NCBI GenBank assembly: GCA_030605565.1
Contig: JAUWIB010000089.1
Location: 12,197 to 76,196 of the forward strand
Direction: 5' to 3'
Source: a bacterium
GTDB taxonomy: Bacteria; Zixibacteria; MSB-5A5; GN15; FEB-12
DNA: 64,000 nt
Shown here: piece by piece, positions 54,534 to 64,000 of the stretch
Layout of the letters: every line of letters begins with the position of its first letter
How positions within the stretch are numbered: position 1 is the first letter of the stretch
Program-made: the position numbers and the translations under genes
The notes under the pieces: model-generated
The model's database searches: none
The model's input: the letters and a program-made list of their open reading frames with translations, nothing else
What the model was told of the DNA's origin: nothing

Positions 54534-57500
54534 ATGGTAATGCCTTTCGGGCCCAGGAAGTTTTTGATTTCGTTCGTGGTCCTGGTGCTGGCAATAGCGA
54601 TCGGGCCAGTGAACCTTTACGCAGCGGCTGTGGGACAGATTAAGGGGACTATCACTGACAAGGAAACCGGCGAGTTGATTCCCGGTGCATCGGTCATGGT
54701 TGTCGGCCTTGAGGGGGTCGGTGCAATGACCGACTTCGATGGCAAGTTTATTATCCGCCGCATGGAGCCGGGCAAGTACACCGTGCGCATCACGCACCTC
54801 AAGTACAACACTTTGGAGGTCACCGATGTCGAAGTCAAGTCTGATCTGACTGTTGAGGTGACCCAGGCGCTGGAGAAGAAGATCGCTGAGTTAGACAAAA
54901 CCATCACTGTCAGAGGTGAACGGGACATTATCGAGAAATTCCAGACCTCCAACCAGGTCACCATCTCCAAAGAACAGATTATGTCTCAGCCGGTCACTTC
55001 GGTGGATGAGTTGCTGACGCAGGTGGCCGGTGTGGTCACCAACGCCTCCGGTGAGATATTCATCCGAGGTGGTCGCGCCGGTGAGGTTGCGTACATCGTT
55101 GATGGTGTGCCGATCGGCGATCCGCTGGGTGGTCTGGGAGAGATGGGCGCCAATCTTTCGTTGGTTTCCGGTTCGATTCAGGAGTTCACGGTGATTAAGG
55201 ACGGGTTTGATCCGGAGTACGGCAACGCCCTTTCCGGTATCGTCAGGATCACTACGCAAACCGGATCGAGAGACAACACCCGGATTAACATGCAGTTCAT
55301 CACCGATGATTTCGGCGACAAGTCCCTTAACAAGTATTCACGTAACCACGATTACGTGCGATTTTCCGTAAGCGGTCCGGACCCGATTTTCAAGAACAAG
55401 ATTCTTCCGGCTTTGGGTTTGAGCTATATGGAGGATAAGGAGCTTACGTACTACTTCTACGGTGAGGTGGACAAGGATGACGGTATCCATCAATACGAAT
55501 CTTACGACACGCCGATAACTCGTCGGAACTACGGATCGTTCAACCTTCTTGGGTTTGACATTCCGGAGCGTAAGAACAACAAGTACTCCTATGTGAGCAA
55601 CCTCAGGTTCCGCCCCTTGCAGAATTTGAGGTTTATCCTTTCGTACAGGAACACTCAGACGCGGTGGACTCATTTCAATTGGAACTATCGTTACTCACCT
55701 AACACTGCACCGGTGCAGTCGAATCGCTGGGAGATATTGTCGCTGGAGGTTTCGCAGTCTGTCTCCCGTAACATTAGCTACGAGGCGGTTCTGTCCTATT
55801 CGAAGAACAGCGTGACCCGTAAGCCGGGTGATCCCAACAATCCGGGGCATGGACTGGACCCCGATGAATTCCGTCTGAACTCGGAGTGGGAGGACTTTGA
55901 TGATCGTAACCACAATGGTGTTTATGATGCCCCGGAGCCGATCATCAACCTGTTCCCGGACACGGCTATCTACGGATTCGATTTCACCGGTCCCGCCTAT
56001 ACTTTCGGTGAGGAGTCGCTCTGGGAAATCAACCAGCAGGGCGGTTTCGCCTTTCCATCTGATTTCCGTTTCAATGACAACGGTATTATCGACAACCTTG
56101 AGGGTGAGCCGTTTATCGACCTGAATGGGAACGGTGTTTGGGACCAGGGAGATTTCCTCAGGGATAAGAACGGTAATGGGTTGCTCGACGATGATCGTAT
56201 CAGCTACATCAACAACCGTCTGCCCGAGCCGTACATTGATGGTGATTCGATCGTAGGTGAGGATTTCAACGATATTAACGGCAACAACATCTATGATCCC
56301 GGCATCGACCTGTTTATCATGTCGGTCGGTGATGATAACCAGGACCTCAACGACAATGGTAAGCACGACGGTCCGCTGGATCGCTGGGAGCCGCGTATTC
56401 CGTACATCGACCGGAACGGCGACGGTATCTACAACCCTCCTAATGAGCGTTACGATCAAGGCGAACCGTTTACCGATGTGAACGGCAACGGTCGCTATGA
56501 TTACGGTGGTTCTTCGAATTTCCTGAACCCGGGCAATTACGACGAGACAGCAATGTGGCACTATCACAACACGAACACCTATCGGTTGGAGGCCAAGGTG
56601 TTCTGGCAGTTGGGCTCTCACGAGCTCAAGGGTGGTGTTGCGATGCAGGCCAACGAATACGACTACGAAGAAATCGAAAAGCCATACTATCCTTACAGTG
56701 GACGCGACGACGGTGGGCCGTACCCGGGGCGCGGCTCTTTCCGGGATATGTTCCATTATGAGCCGTACCAGGGTACGGTGTACTTCCGCGATAAGCTGGA
56801 GTACGGATCGATGATCGCGTCGCTGGGTTTCCGGTGGGATTTCTTCCTGCAGGATCGCTATGGTTTGGTGGAAGTGGCCAAGCAGGATGATCTGGGCTCC
56901 GGTGTGATCTTGGGTGACCGTCAAAAGTTCTCACCGCGTATTGGTTTCTCCTATCCGATCTCCGACAAGGCCAAAATCCACTTCAACTACGGGCACTTCT
57001 TCCAGCTTCCTTTACTTGAGCGGATGTACCGTCGGAATACTTCCTCGGTGGCTCAGAACGTTGTGATCGGTAACTATAACCTCGATTATCAAAAGACCAT
57101 TCAGTATTCGTTTGGTGTCAAGTACGCGATGTCTGAGAACTATTCGCTGGATGCCCAGGGCTATTTCAAGGACGAATTTGATAAGATTAACTCTGCGCAG
57201 GTTCGGGTTGGTGGTTTGACGCGTCAGCAGTATCAGAACAGTGACTATGGCCGCAGCCGTGGCTTTGAATTCACTCTCGAAAAGCGAGGCGGCGGTTATG
57301 TCAATGGTCAGTTGAGTTACACCTATGCTTTTGCTTTCGGCAAGGCGTCGCAGACTAACCAGAACTACATGAGCGACTTCGAACTCTCACGTGAGCCTCT
57401 CTCCGAGTCGGCGCTCAATAACGATATTCGGCACCGTATTAGTGGCAATATTCAGGTGTTTGTACCCAGGACGGTCAAACCCCGCCTGTTCGGTTTGCCC

Positions 57501-57881
57501 ATCCCCAACGGCTGGACGCTGGCTCTCAATTGTATAATCGAGAGTGGGCGTCCTTTTACTCCTGACCGGTCGTACCCGAACCTGACGTTGACAACCGGTG
57601 AGGACATCCAAACCAACTCGATGCGCAAGCCGGGTATTTTCAATATCGACGTCCGTTTCGCCAAGGATTTCGAGTTCATCGGGATCGATTACAGTGTGAT
57701 TATGTGGGTAGAGAATATCTTTGACAGCCGCAATGTCAATACAGTTTACAACAAAACTGGTCGACCTGATACCCGGCAGAATCAGAGTCAGGTCATCAAG
57801 GGAGGCACGCCCTACGACCTAAACCCATACAACTGGGATTACGGTCGGCAGATCCGCCTGGGACTTGAGGTGAACCTGTAA
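54534..57881 (+). CDS. TonB-dependent-receptor-like outer membrane protein (CarboxypepD_reg, plug and barrel) with a large Asp-rich loop insertion
   Basis: It has a signal peptide and a CarboxypepD_reg-like domain (IKGTITDKETGELIPGASVMVVG...GKYTVRITHLKY). The plug reads FIRGGRAGEVAYIVDGVPIGDP and DPEYGNALSGIVRITT. A long barrel follows. The start is ATG at 54534 or 54540, after TAGGAGG. The track ORF starts at 54396. Confidence 0.85.
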   Translation: MVMPFGPRKFLISFVVLVLAIAIGPVNLYAAAVGQIKGTITDKETGELIPGASVMVVGLEGVGAMTDFDGKFIIRRMEPGKYTVRITHLKYNTLEVTDVEVKSDLTVEVTQALEKKIAELDKTITVRGERDIIEKFQTSNQVTISKEQIMSQPVTSVDELLTQVAGVVTNASGEIFIRGGRAGEVAYIVDGVPIGDPLGGLGEMGANLSLVSGSIQEFTVIKDGFDPEYGNALSGIVRITTQTGSRDNTRINMQFITDDFGDKSLNKYSRNHDYVRFSVSGPDPIFKNKILPALGLSYMEDKELTYYFYGEVDKDDGIHQYESYDTPITRRNYGSFNLLGFDIPERKNNKYSYVSNLRFRPLQNLRFILSYRNTQTRWTHFNWNYRYSPNTAPVQSNRWEILSLEVSQSVSRNISYEAVLSYSKNSVTRKPGDPNNPGHGLDPDEFRLNSEWEDFDDRNHNGVYDAPEPIINLFPDTAIYGFDFTGPAYTFGEESLWEINQQGGFAFPSDFRFNDNGIIDNLEGEPFIDLNGNGVWDQGDFLRDKNGNGLLDDDRISYINNRLPEPYIDGDSIVGEDFNDINGNNIYDPGIDLFIMSVGDDNQDLNDNGKHDGPLDRWEPRIPYIDRNGDGIYNPPNERYDQGEPFTDVNGNGRYDYGGSSNFLNPGNYDETAMWHYHNTNTYRLEAKVFWQLGSHELKGGVAMQANEYDYEEIEKPYYPYSGRDDGGPYPGRGSFRDMFHYEPYQGTVYFRDKLEYGSMIASLGFRWDFFLQDRYGLVEVAKQDDLGSGVILGDRQKFSPRIGFSYPISDKAKIHFNYGHFFQLPLLERMYRRNTSSVAQNVVIGNYNLDYQKTIQYSFGVKYAMSENYSLDAQGYFKDEFDKINSAQVRVGGLTRQQYQNSDYGRSRGFEFTLEKRGGGYVNGQLSYTYAFAFGKASQTNQNYMSDFELSREPLSESALNNDIRHRISGNIQVFVPRTVKPRLFGLPIPNGWTLALNCIIESGRPFTPDRSYPNLTLTTGEDIQTNSMRKPGIFNIDVRFAKDFEFIGIDYSVIMWVENIFDSRNVNTVYNKTGRPDTRQNQSQVIKGGTPYDLNPYNWDYGRQIRLGLEVNL

Positions 57882-57904
57882 GCAGCTCAATGTGAAGAAT
57901 AGAT

Positions 57905-58924
57905 ATGAATGACACAATAGATGAGGATGAAATGCTTCTGAAACACAATAGATCGCTGCCACTGAGACCGCCCAGGTATTTAAGAACAGCGCTTCTCGGA
58001 CTGGTATTGCTTTGTATTGGCGTCGCCTGGATGCCTCACAACGCCTTGGCTCAGGCCAAAGTAGGCACTACCGGCGCCCAGTTCCTGGAGCTTGGCGTCT
58101 CGGCGCGGGCGATGGGTATGGCGGAGGCCTTTACAGCGGTCACGGACGACATCATGGCGGTATACTACAACCCGGCCGGTCTTACCTCGCTCTATGGCCG
58201 TGAGGTGGCATTCACTTACATCGACATGCCGGCCGATGTCGGCTACGGTTTCGGTGCTATTGGTCTGCCGCTGGAATCAATCGGCGGTGTCCTGGGGATA
58301 AGCGCGTACGGCTTGTCCTCCGGTGAAATGATCGAACGCACTTGGAGCAAGGGCCAACAAGAGGGTACCGGGCGGACTTTCGGATGGAACGACTTCGCTA
58401 TGGGTGTCAGCTATGGCCGGTATCTGACCGACCGGTTTTCGGTGGGTTTCACGGTCAAGTTTGTCGGTCAATTCGTTCACGACTACAGCGCCAGCGGTTG
58501 GTGTGCTGATGTCGGCACTATGTACGACACCGGCCACCGCGGCTTCAGAATCGCTATGATGATCAGTAATTTCGGGCCGGATATGACTATGATCAGCCAG
58601 TCCTATCCGTTACCGATCAACTTCAGGTTTGGTGGTTGCATCAACCTGGTTGAACAGGCGGATCACCTGGTGACCTTCGCGGCCGAGGGCTCCCACCCCT
58701 CGGACAACCTCGAGAAGTACAACACCGGTCTGGAATATACCTTTCGGGACCGTTTCTCACTGCGCGCGGGGCGCCGCTTCAACTATGACGAAGACGGCTT
58801 CACGGCCGGCGGCGGTCTTGCCTTGCCGTTTGGAGAAGAGAGTGAGATTCGTATCGATTACGCCTTCCAGGATTTCGGAATCCTGACGCAGGTTCACCGT
58901 TTCAGTATGGCCTTTGCGTTTTAG
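57905..58924 (+). CDS. PorV/PorQ-family outer membrane beta-barrel protein
   Basis: After the signal peptide comes GTTGAQFLELGVSARAMGMAEAFTAVTDDIMAVYYNPAGL, the signature N-terminal block of PorV/PorQ-type barrels. The protein ends in ...FSMAFAF. Confidence 0.7.
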   Translation: MNDTIDEDEMLLKHNRSLPLRPPRYLRTALLGLVLLCIGVAWMPHNALAQAKVGTTGAQFLELGVSARAMGMAEAFTAVTDDIMAVYYNPAGLTSLYGREVAFTYIDMPADVGYGFGAIGLPLESIGGVLGISAYGLSSGEMIERTWSKGQQEGTGRTFGWNDFAMGVSYGRYLTDRFSVGFTVKFVGQFVHDYSASGWCADVGTMYDTGHRGFRIAMMISNFGPDMTMISQSYPLPINFRFGGCINLVEQADHLVTFAAEGSHPSDNLEKYNTGLEYTFRDRFSLRAGRRFNYDEDGFTAGGGLALPFGEESEIRIDYAFQDFGILTQVHRFSMAFAF

Positions 58925-58944
58925 ACAGAGAGTACCAGATAATT

Positions 58945-61086
58945 ATGAGGAATCAAATCAACAAAGCAAGAATAGCAGCAGTGCTGCTGGCGTTGGCCGC
59001 AGTGCTCATAGTGTCGGTAGTACTCACTGTCGGGTGTACAAAACGATTGGACGGCGAGGTTACCGCAAACGAGAAACCAGTCGTCTACTTTGTCAATATC
59101 CCACCCGAAGGACACAGGTTTTCACGTAACCCGGAGGTTCACTGGGTCGGCACCGACCGCGACGGGTTGATCGCCTATTTCCGTTACCATGTGGTTACGG
59201 CGGGTGGTTTGGGTGGACTAGACCCGATGGATTACATCTCGACGGTTCCAAACAGTGCTTGGATCAGGCTTGATGTCGACCCGAAGGGGCCGGACCCGAT
59301 GACGTCGAATATCGTCTCAATGTCGGCTGATCTCACTGATCCGGTACTAACGTACGTGGATCAATACGTCTTCCTGCAGGCGTATGATGAGGAAGGGCTC
59401 GGTTCCGATATCATTTACCGGCTGTTCTCTCGCAACGACCATCCGCCGACCTCATTTGTCTCCGGTTTCTGGCCCACTGATACACCGTTTGTGAATTCGA
59501 TAAATCCGGGTGGGATTATCACTGGTGTCAAGTTGCGCTGGCAAGGCGATGATCCGATTGACTACCCTAGTGATCCGCCACCGTTTGAATTCGACTGGCG
59601 ACTCTACGGTCCGTACTTCACTGAGGAAATGCAGGTCATCCGAGATTCCTTTATGACGTGTGTTTATGTCACTAACGACGGGAGTATATATCGAGTTGGT
59701 GACACGGTGATCCGGTGCGATACTTTCTTTGTTGATGGCGGTCTCGAAGAGGAATGTGATACTCTGATCGTGATTGATTCCACTTTCGATACGCCTTTTG
59801 GCGCTACGGAACCGTACATGAGAGTCGACGATCCGGACTTCCTTGCCTCACCGTATAACAAAATCCAGCAATCCGAAGGCTGGGTCAGCAACGAGGCTGA
59901 TACCTTGTGGAACGTATTTGAGGGCTTTCACTCCGATACGACGGTTCAGATGTCGTTCGTGTTCTGGCTTAGATCACGTGACGATGCTCTGGTTCCCGAC
60001 TTGGTGCCGTACTTTTTGGAATTCCCCGTCATCAATCCCCGCTACGAGCGCGATATTGTCGTCCTTGACTTTAGCAAAATTTTGCCGGCAGGCTTGAATG
60101 ATCCCATCAAGCGTGACACCGTCAAGGCCTACTGGAAGACAACCATCGACGCCTGGGCGGCCAACACCGGTCGAGAAATCGTCTTTGATACCAACGCCAT
60201 CACCGAGGGTTATCTGGCAGACATAGGAGTCAGCGCCGACTTTATCTGTATGACTAACAGTCGTCTGGACCCAGGGGCGCCGATCTCTGAACTCTTGAAA
60301 CACAAAGTGATAATCCTCTATGATGATGTGCTGGGTGTCCCACTGGACCCTCAGTGGACTACAATCTACAAAGCCATAGATGCCGGCATCAACATTTGGG
60401 TGACCGGACGCACTTTAATTATCTCTGGAGGCACAGCACAGGGGCCGACGGGTACCGTACCACCGTTCAATTACAGGCGCTACTTCGGCGTCGACTCCAT
60501 AGGTCACACCGGATGGGCCAGTTACGTGCCGGGACTCGGTGGGAATCCACCACTCGGCCTTTATCAGGATTTCATCGGAACGTTTTCCACTAAACCGGGT
60601 GAGTGGCCTGATCTGGCAATCGATACGGGGTATTTGCACACTCGTTACAAGTGGGACCTGTATGGCCAGATCTCCTACTGGAACGAGGATTGCCCGAGTC
60701 TGCCGGAAGTTGATTGGTGCGTACGGTCGTTCGGTACCGAAATCCTCTATAAGTACAAGTCCTGCTACGGGGCATCACATCCTATGGGTGGGAATCATAT
60801 TTTACACGGTCGCCCGGTAGCGCATCGGTTGGCCACCAGTCTGTTCAAGACGGTGCATTTCAAGTTTACGCCGCTATCGATCGACTCAGCCACAATGCAG
60901 GTGGTGGTCGATTCGGTACTGGAATGGTTGTATGATCCGACGCTCGGTGGAGGTAACGGTCAGGTATCTGAAAACCGTTATCCGGATGCTGCGGTGAAAG
61001 TATCGCTTTCTGAGGCGCGCCGCAACTACGATGCGCGGTGCGAGGAATACGAGAAGAGGCGGCAGGAGGCGATAATTATCGATTGA
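58945..61086 (+). CDS. Hypothetical 713-aa lipoprotein
   Basis: It has a lipobox (VVLTVGCTK), lies 20 nt after the PorV-like gene and is followed by an intrinsic terminator. I did not recognise a family. The C-terminal half has an alternating beta-alpha pattern (DIVVLDFSK...KVIILYDDV...INIWVTGR). Confidence 0.6.
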   Translation: MRNQINKARIAAVLLALAAVLIVSVVLTVGCTKRLDGEVTANEKPVVYFVNIPPEGHRFSRNPEVHWVGTDRDGLIAYFRYHVVTAGGLGGLDPMDYISTVPNSAWIRLDVDPKGPDPMTSNIVSMSADLTDPVLTYVDQYVFLQAYDEEGLGSDIIYRLFSRNDHPPTSFVSGFWPTDTPFVNSINPGGIITGVKLRWQGDDPIDYPSDPPPFEFDWRLYGPYFTEEMQVIRDSFMTCVYVTNDGSIYRVGDTVIRCDTFFVDGGLEEECDTLIVIDSTFDTPFGATEPYMRVDDPDFLASPYNKIQQSEGWVSNEADTLWNVFEGFHSDTTVQMSFVFWLRSRDDALVPDLVPYFLEFPVINPRYERDIVVLDFSKILPAGLNDPIKRDTVKAYWKTTIDAWAANTGREIVFDTNAITEGYLADIGVSADFICMTNSRLDPGAPISELLKHKVIILYDDVLGVPLDPQWTTIYKAIDAGINIWVTGRTLIISGGTAQGPTGTVPPFNYRRYFGVDSIGHTGWASYVPGLGGNPPLGLYQDFIGTFSTKPGEWPDLAIDTGYLHTRYKWDLYGQISYWNEDCPSLPEVDWCVRSFGTEILYKYKSCYGASHPMGGNHILHGRPVAHRLATSLFKTVHFKFTPLSIDSATMQVVVDSVLEWLYDPTLGGGNGQVSENRYPDAAVKVSLSEARRNYDARCEEYEKRRQEAIIID

Positions 61087-61130
61087 GATAGTAATCGTCG
61101 TAGAACGTCGCCATAAGTTTGGCACATACC

Positions 61131-61160
61131 ACGGGACCGAGTTACTCGGTCCCGTTTTTA
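61131..61160 (+). terminator. Rho-independent terminator after the lipoprotein gene
   Basis: ACGGGACCGAG-tta-CTCGGTCCCGT followed by TTTTATT. It overlaps the stop codon of the convergent GT39 gene. Confidence 0.6.
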
Positions 61161-63428
61161 TTGATTGAGTCGAGGGGTAAGCTGTCTTATCAACTCATTA
61201 GTGGGGAAACGTCGGGCGGCTATGATCATCACCGAATCCGCCGACTCTATCTGTCCGGTGTACCGGTAACCACCGGCCAGGTTTACCCAGGCCTCAACCA
61301 GATTCGAGTCGGCTGCAATTGCCTGCCGGTTGTGGCTGATTGCCAGATGATACTTTCCGGACAGGCCGGCCAACAGACCGAGGTGATAATGGGTGCGAGC
61401 TGTCTCGTGGCGTCGCCTCAAAAAGTGGTTGGGGAAATTTCGGTCAAAGGCGCCGTCGTCAGTCTCGATCGGCGGAGGCCGCGAATGTAACGCTCGTTGC
61501 AGCAGTGATTCGGCCTGGGCAGTGTCGCCGCGTCGAAGCAAGAGCAGGGCGGCATCGTTCAGCAGGTAGAGATCATTGTCGGTGCGCTCTGTGGCTTGTT
61601 CCACCCGGGTGACGAAGCTACCGGTCGCTATGCTGTCGATTCCGGCCAGGGCGCGCAGGTAGATCATGTTGGCGGTGACATCCCAGTCGGCCAGGGCCAG
61701 GGCCTTCTCGGCCTGGACAGCAGCTTCAGGGTAGCGACCGTTGATCAGGTGCAGCGAGGCCAGGTTGCTGTGTGTCTTGGGTCGATCGGGGTGCAGTTGG
61801 CGTTCTTGCTCGAGACAGAAAAGCGCTGAATCGGCTATCCCAAGCCGCAGATAACAAGCGCCGATGTTCAGGTTGGTCTCTGCCGGTGGAGGATCATACA
61901 TCCGAGCGGCCTGAAAGTAGCCGAGCGCACTCCGGAAGTCCCCTTTTGCGTAATAATGGATCCCTTTGGAAACGAAGTCCTGCGCCGGCGAACCGGGTGG
62001 AAGTTTCACCATCGGATACCACGAGAACGCCCAGACTGCAACAATGGCCAGCATCATGCCGGCGCCTCGCTTGATATCGGTGGCGAACAAATCCAGAACC
62101 GTCATCGCCCCCACGGCGGCCAGCACCGTCATGAAGGGCAGTACCGGTACGCGAAAGCGGCTGCTGAAAAAGAACAAGGCCATCGTCATCAGGTAGGTAA
62201 GTATCAACCCTATCAGCAGCCGCACACGGCTGCCTCCGTGACGCCATCCGACTAGAGCGCCCACTACAGCGAAGGCCAGTATGATCGAAAACGAGACGGG
62301 GTTGAGTCGCAGCAACGGCATGGCGGCGGAGAATAGTCCCAGGTCACGGTTGTTGGACACTTCACGGTCGCCGATGCTGAGATACAGTTTCTTGAGATAC
62401 AGTTTCACAAATGTACCGGGGTTCCGCACTATCCATTGGAATGCCTGCGATGTCCAATAATCCGAAACTTCGCCAGGTTTGAGACGTCGCGCCGATGCCT
62501 CCTCGGCTGCTCGTACCACCTGTTTGAGACGCCAGTTGTGACCCATCGGTTCCGGCATTCGGGCTGAGACGCCGTCGGCGATTTCATTATTGCCGATATA
62601 GAAATTGATCCCTCCCTGCGATGCTATCAAGACCGGATCATCCGCTACGTAGAGGTTGCGCACGAAGACAGGACCAATCACCAAAGCCAAACCGACGACG
62701 AACATCACCAGCCGCTTCAGGCGGACGACGGCATCACCGGACAAGAGCAGCAACCATGCAAATACCAGTCCAGCCCATACTAAGGCGGTCGGTCGCGTGA
62801 TAGCGGCGACGCCGGTTACCAGTCCGGCCAAAAGGAGAGTGCCCAGTTTTCGATTGTCCCGCCAGCGCCAGACGGTTAGCAATGATATCTGCAAAAGCAA
62901 CGTGAACAGCACGTCCAAAAGCAACTCGGCTTCAAAATAGAGGAAGACGGGGTTGATGCTCTGAACAGCCGCGGCCACAAGGCCGACTTGGTGCGAGAAT
63001 GCTTGTCGGCCAATGCGGTAAGTACAGTATATCGAAGCCAGTCCCACTACCAGGCCGAACAATCGGGCCGCCCACAACGAGGCGCCGAAGAAAGTGTAAA
63101 CCAGGCCCAGGACATAGATGTAGAAAGGCGCCCGGAAGTACGTCGTGTCTCCAAGAATGTTCCCGCCGGCCAGAGTTTCCGCCCAATGATGGTGGTAGTA
63201 GTTATCGACGGTCAACTGGTCCCACTGTGGCAGGTCGGAGTAATTTAGCAGGTAGAGAACCCGGATCACCGTGGCGAATATCAGCAGGGCGGGCAGGAAC
63301 CAGCGGCCTGCCACCGGCATGTCGGACCGTGAACTCATTTGCTCAATATAGACATTAGGTTTGTGGGGGGCGTGTAAAACTTTGCGATAAGAATCCGCCA
63401 AAACGGCAATCCATATCACATTATGCAA
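61158..63428 (-). CDS. GT39 (ArnT/PMT-like) membrane glycosyltransferase fused to C-terminal TPR repeats
   Basis: The N-terminal ~480 aa are polytopic (YFRAPFYIYVLGLVYTFFG, many TM segments). The C-terminal ~270 aa are TPR-like (YYAKGDFRSALGYFQAA, NLASLHLINGRYPEAA...). The likely start is internal, at MSSRSD (nt 63338). Confidence 0.75.
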   Translation of the reverse strand: MHNVIWIAVLADSYRKVLHAPHKPNVYIEQMSSRSDMPVAGRWFLPALLIFATVIRVLYLLNYSDLPQWDQLTVDNYYHHHWAETLAGGNILGDTTYFRAPFYIYVLGLVYTFFGASLWAARLFGLVVGLASIYCTYRIGRQAFSHQVGLVAAAVQSINPVFLYFEAELLLDVLFTLLLQISLLTVWRWRDNRKLGTLLLAGLVTGVAAITRPTALVWAGLVFAWLLLLSGDAVVRLKRLVMFVVGLALVIGPVFVRNLYVADDPVLIASQGGINFYIGNNEIADGVSARMPEPMGHNWRLKQVVRAAEEASARRLKPGEVSDYWTSQAFQWIVRNPGTFVKLYLKKLYLSIGDREVSNNRDLGLFSAAMPLLRLNPVSFSIILAFAVVGALVGWRHGGSRVRLLIGLILTYLMTMALFFFSSRFRVPVLPFMTVLAAVGAMTVLDLFATDIKRGAGMMLAIVAVWAFSWYPMVKLPPGSPAQDFVSKGIHYYAKGDFRSALGYFQAARMYDPPPAETNLNIGACYLRLGIADSALFCLEQERQLHPDRPKTHSNLASLHLINGRYPEAAVQAEKALALADWDVTANMIYLRALAGIDSIATGSFVTRVEQATERTDNDLYLLNDAALLLLRRGDTAQAESLLQRALHSRPPPIETDDGAFDRNFPNHFLRRRHETARTHYHLGLLAGLSGKYHLAISHNRQAIAADSNLVEAWVNLAGGYRYTGQIESADSVMIIAARRFPTNELIRQLTPRLNQ

Positions 63429-63625
63429 AAGCCGACCTCAGGGAGCCCATCCCCGTTCGGGCGTCGGTCGCGTCGACCCCTCCATAATTCCTTGTGATTC
63501 AGTCTGTTGACGCCTGGCGGTGATGGCCGGTTGCATTCGGTTGCGCGGGTCTGATCCGCCTGTATGCTCGATAGGTGCGGCACAACCTTTGCTCAAAGGG
63601 GGTAGGATCAGGTCAAGGAGACAGG

Positions 63626-64000
63626 ATGAACATGAGACACTCATTAATAGCAATAGTCACCGCCGCCCTTCTGAGCACAATCTTCGGTAGCGTGGCTAAC
63701 GCCGATGTGTTGGCCCCGGGTTTACAGAACAGGCTCAATCCGGTCGTACAGACAGCCTCCGACAGTCCGATTTCGGTCGTGGTGTTCATCAATGCTGAAC
63801 CGCCGGTCTCGCTCGGTCTGCTCAAGGCTGCCCCGTCGCTGAGGCGTGATCAGAGAATCAAACTGTTGTTAGGCGAGTTGCTTCACCGGTCGCTGAAGTC
63901 GTGCGACCAGGTAGCTCAGTATCTGAATGAGAATTCATCCGCGCCGGTAACCCGCCATTGGATAGTACCGGCTTTTACAGCCACCCTAACAGTCCAGGCA
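63626..64000 (+). CDS. Secreted protein, 3' end outside window (possibly a peptidase propeptide-like N-terminus)
   Basis: AAGGAG lies 5 nt upstream of the ATG at 63626. The frame is open to the window end. The signal peptide is MNMRHSLIAIVTAALLSTIFGSVANA. The function guess is weak. Confidence 0.5.
   Translation, partial: MNMRHSLIAIVTAALLSTIFGSVANADVLAPGLQNRLNPVVQTASDSPISVVVFINAEPPVSLGLLKAAPSLRRDQRIKLLLGELLHRSLKSCDQVAQYLNENSSAPVTRHWIVPAFTATLTVQA

Noticed and set aside
1-64000. tRNA, rRNA, tmRNA, SRP RNA, transposase/integrase or prophage genes
   Set aside because: Scanning the intergenic regions by eye showed no T-loop (GGTTCGAATCC-like) cloverleaf candidates and no rRNA-like stretches. No ORF has recombinase or transposase motifs. 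A covariance-model scan would be needed to be definitive.

Overview
This 64-kb window looks like it comes from an uncultivated FCB-superphylum-type bacterium. That is an inference from a T9SS C-terminal sorting domain (QNYPNPFNP) and a PorV/PorQ-like barrel. I support about 40 tightly packed protein genes. I saw no rRNA, tRNA, CRISPR array, transposase or integrase.

The backbone is housekeeping and envelope genes: trxA, a three-domain DsbD, rhomboid, satP, dtd, maf, a RodZ-like protein, smc, ftsY, yjbQ, rlmH, uvrB, yihY, an LpxL-family acyltransferase, a MacA/MacB/TolC-like efflux set, a GT9 heptosyltransferase, a TPR-GAF sigma54 activator, an LplA-like ligase and a GT39-TPR glycosyltransferase.

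Unusual content:
1. A convergent, 3'-overlapping NotI-family nuclease plus Dam-class adenine methyltransferase (0.6-2.4 kb).
2. A 10.85-kb gene (24312-35162, minus strand) encoding a 3,616-aa Cys-rich tandem-module surface protein that ends in cohesin-like, dockerin and T9SS-CTD domains.
3. A three-gene outer-membrane operon (54.5-61.1 kb): a TonB-dependent-receptor-like barrel with a large DxNGNG calcium-loop insertion, a PorV/PorQ-like barrel and an unknown 713-aa lipoprotein.
4. A near-consensus orphan promoter driving only a long hairpin plus U-tract (52.9 kb), which is a candidate small RNA.
5. At least three families of palindromic intergenic repeats, including a 22-bp palindrome present six times (five perfect copies), assembled into mosaic clusters.

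My best candidate for an undescribed system is the surface module formed by items 2 and 3. That link is a hypothesis. All family calls rest on motifs read by eye, and no searches were run.
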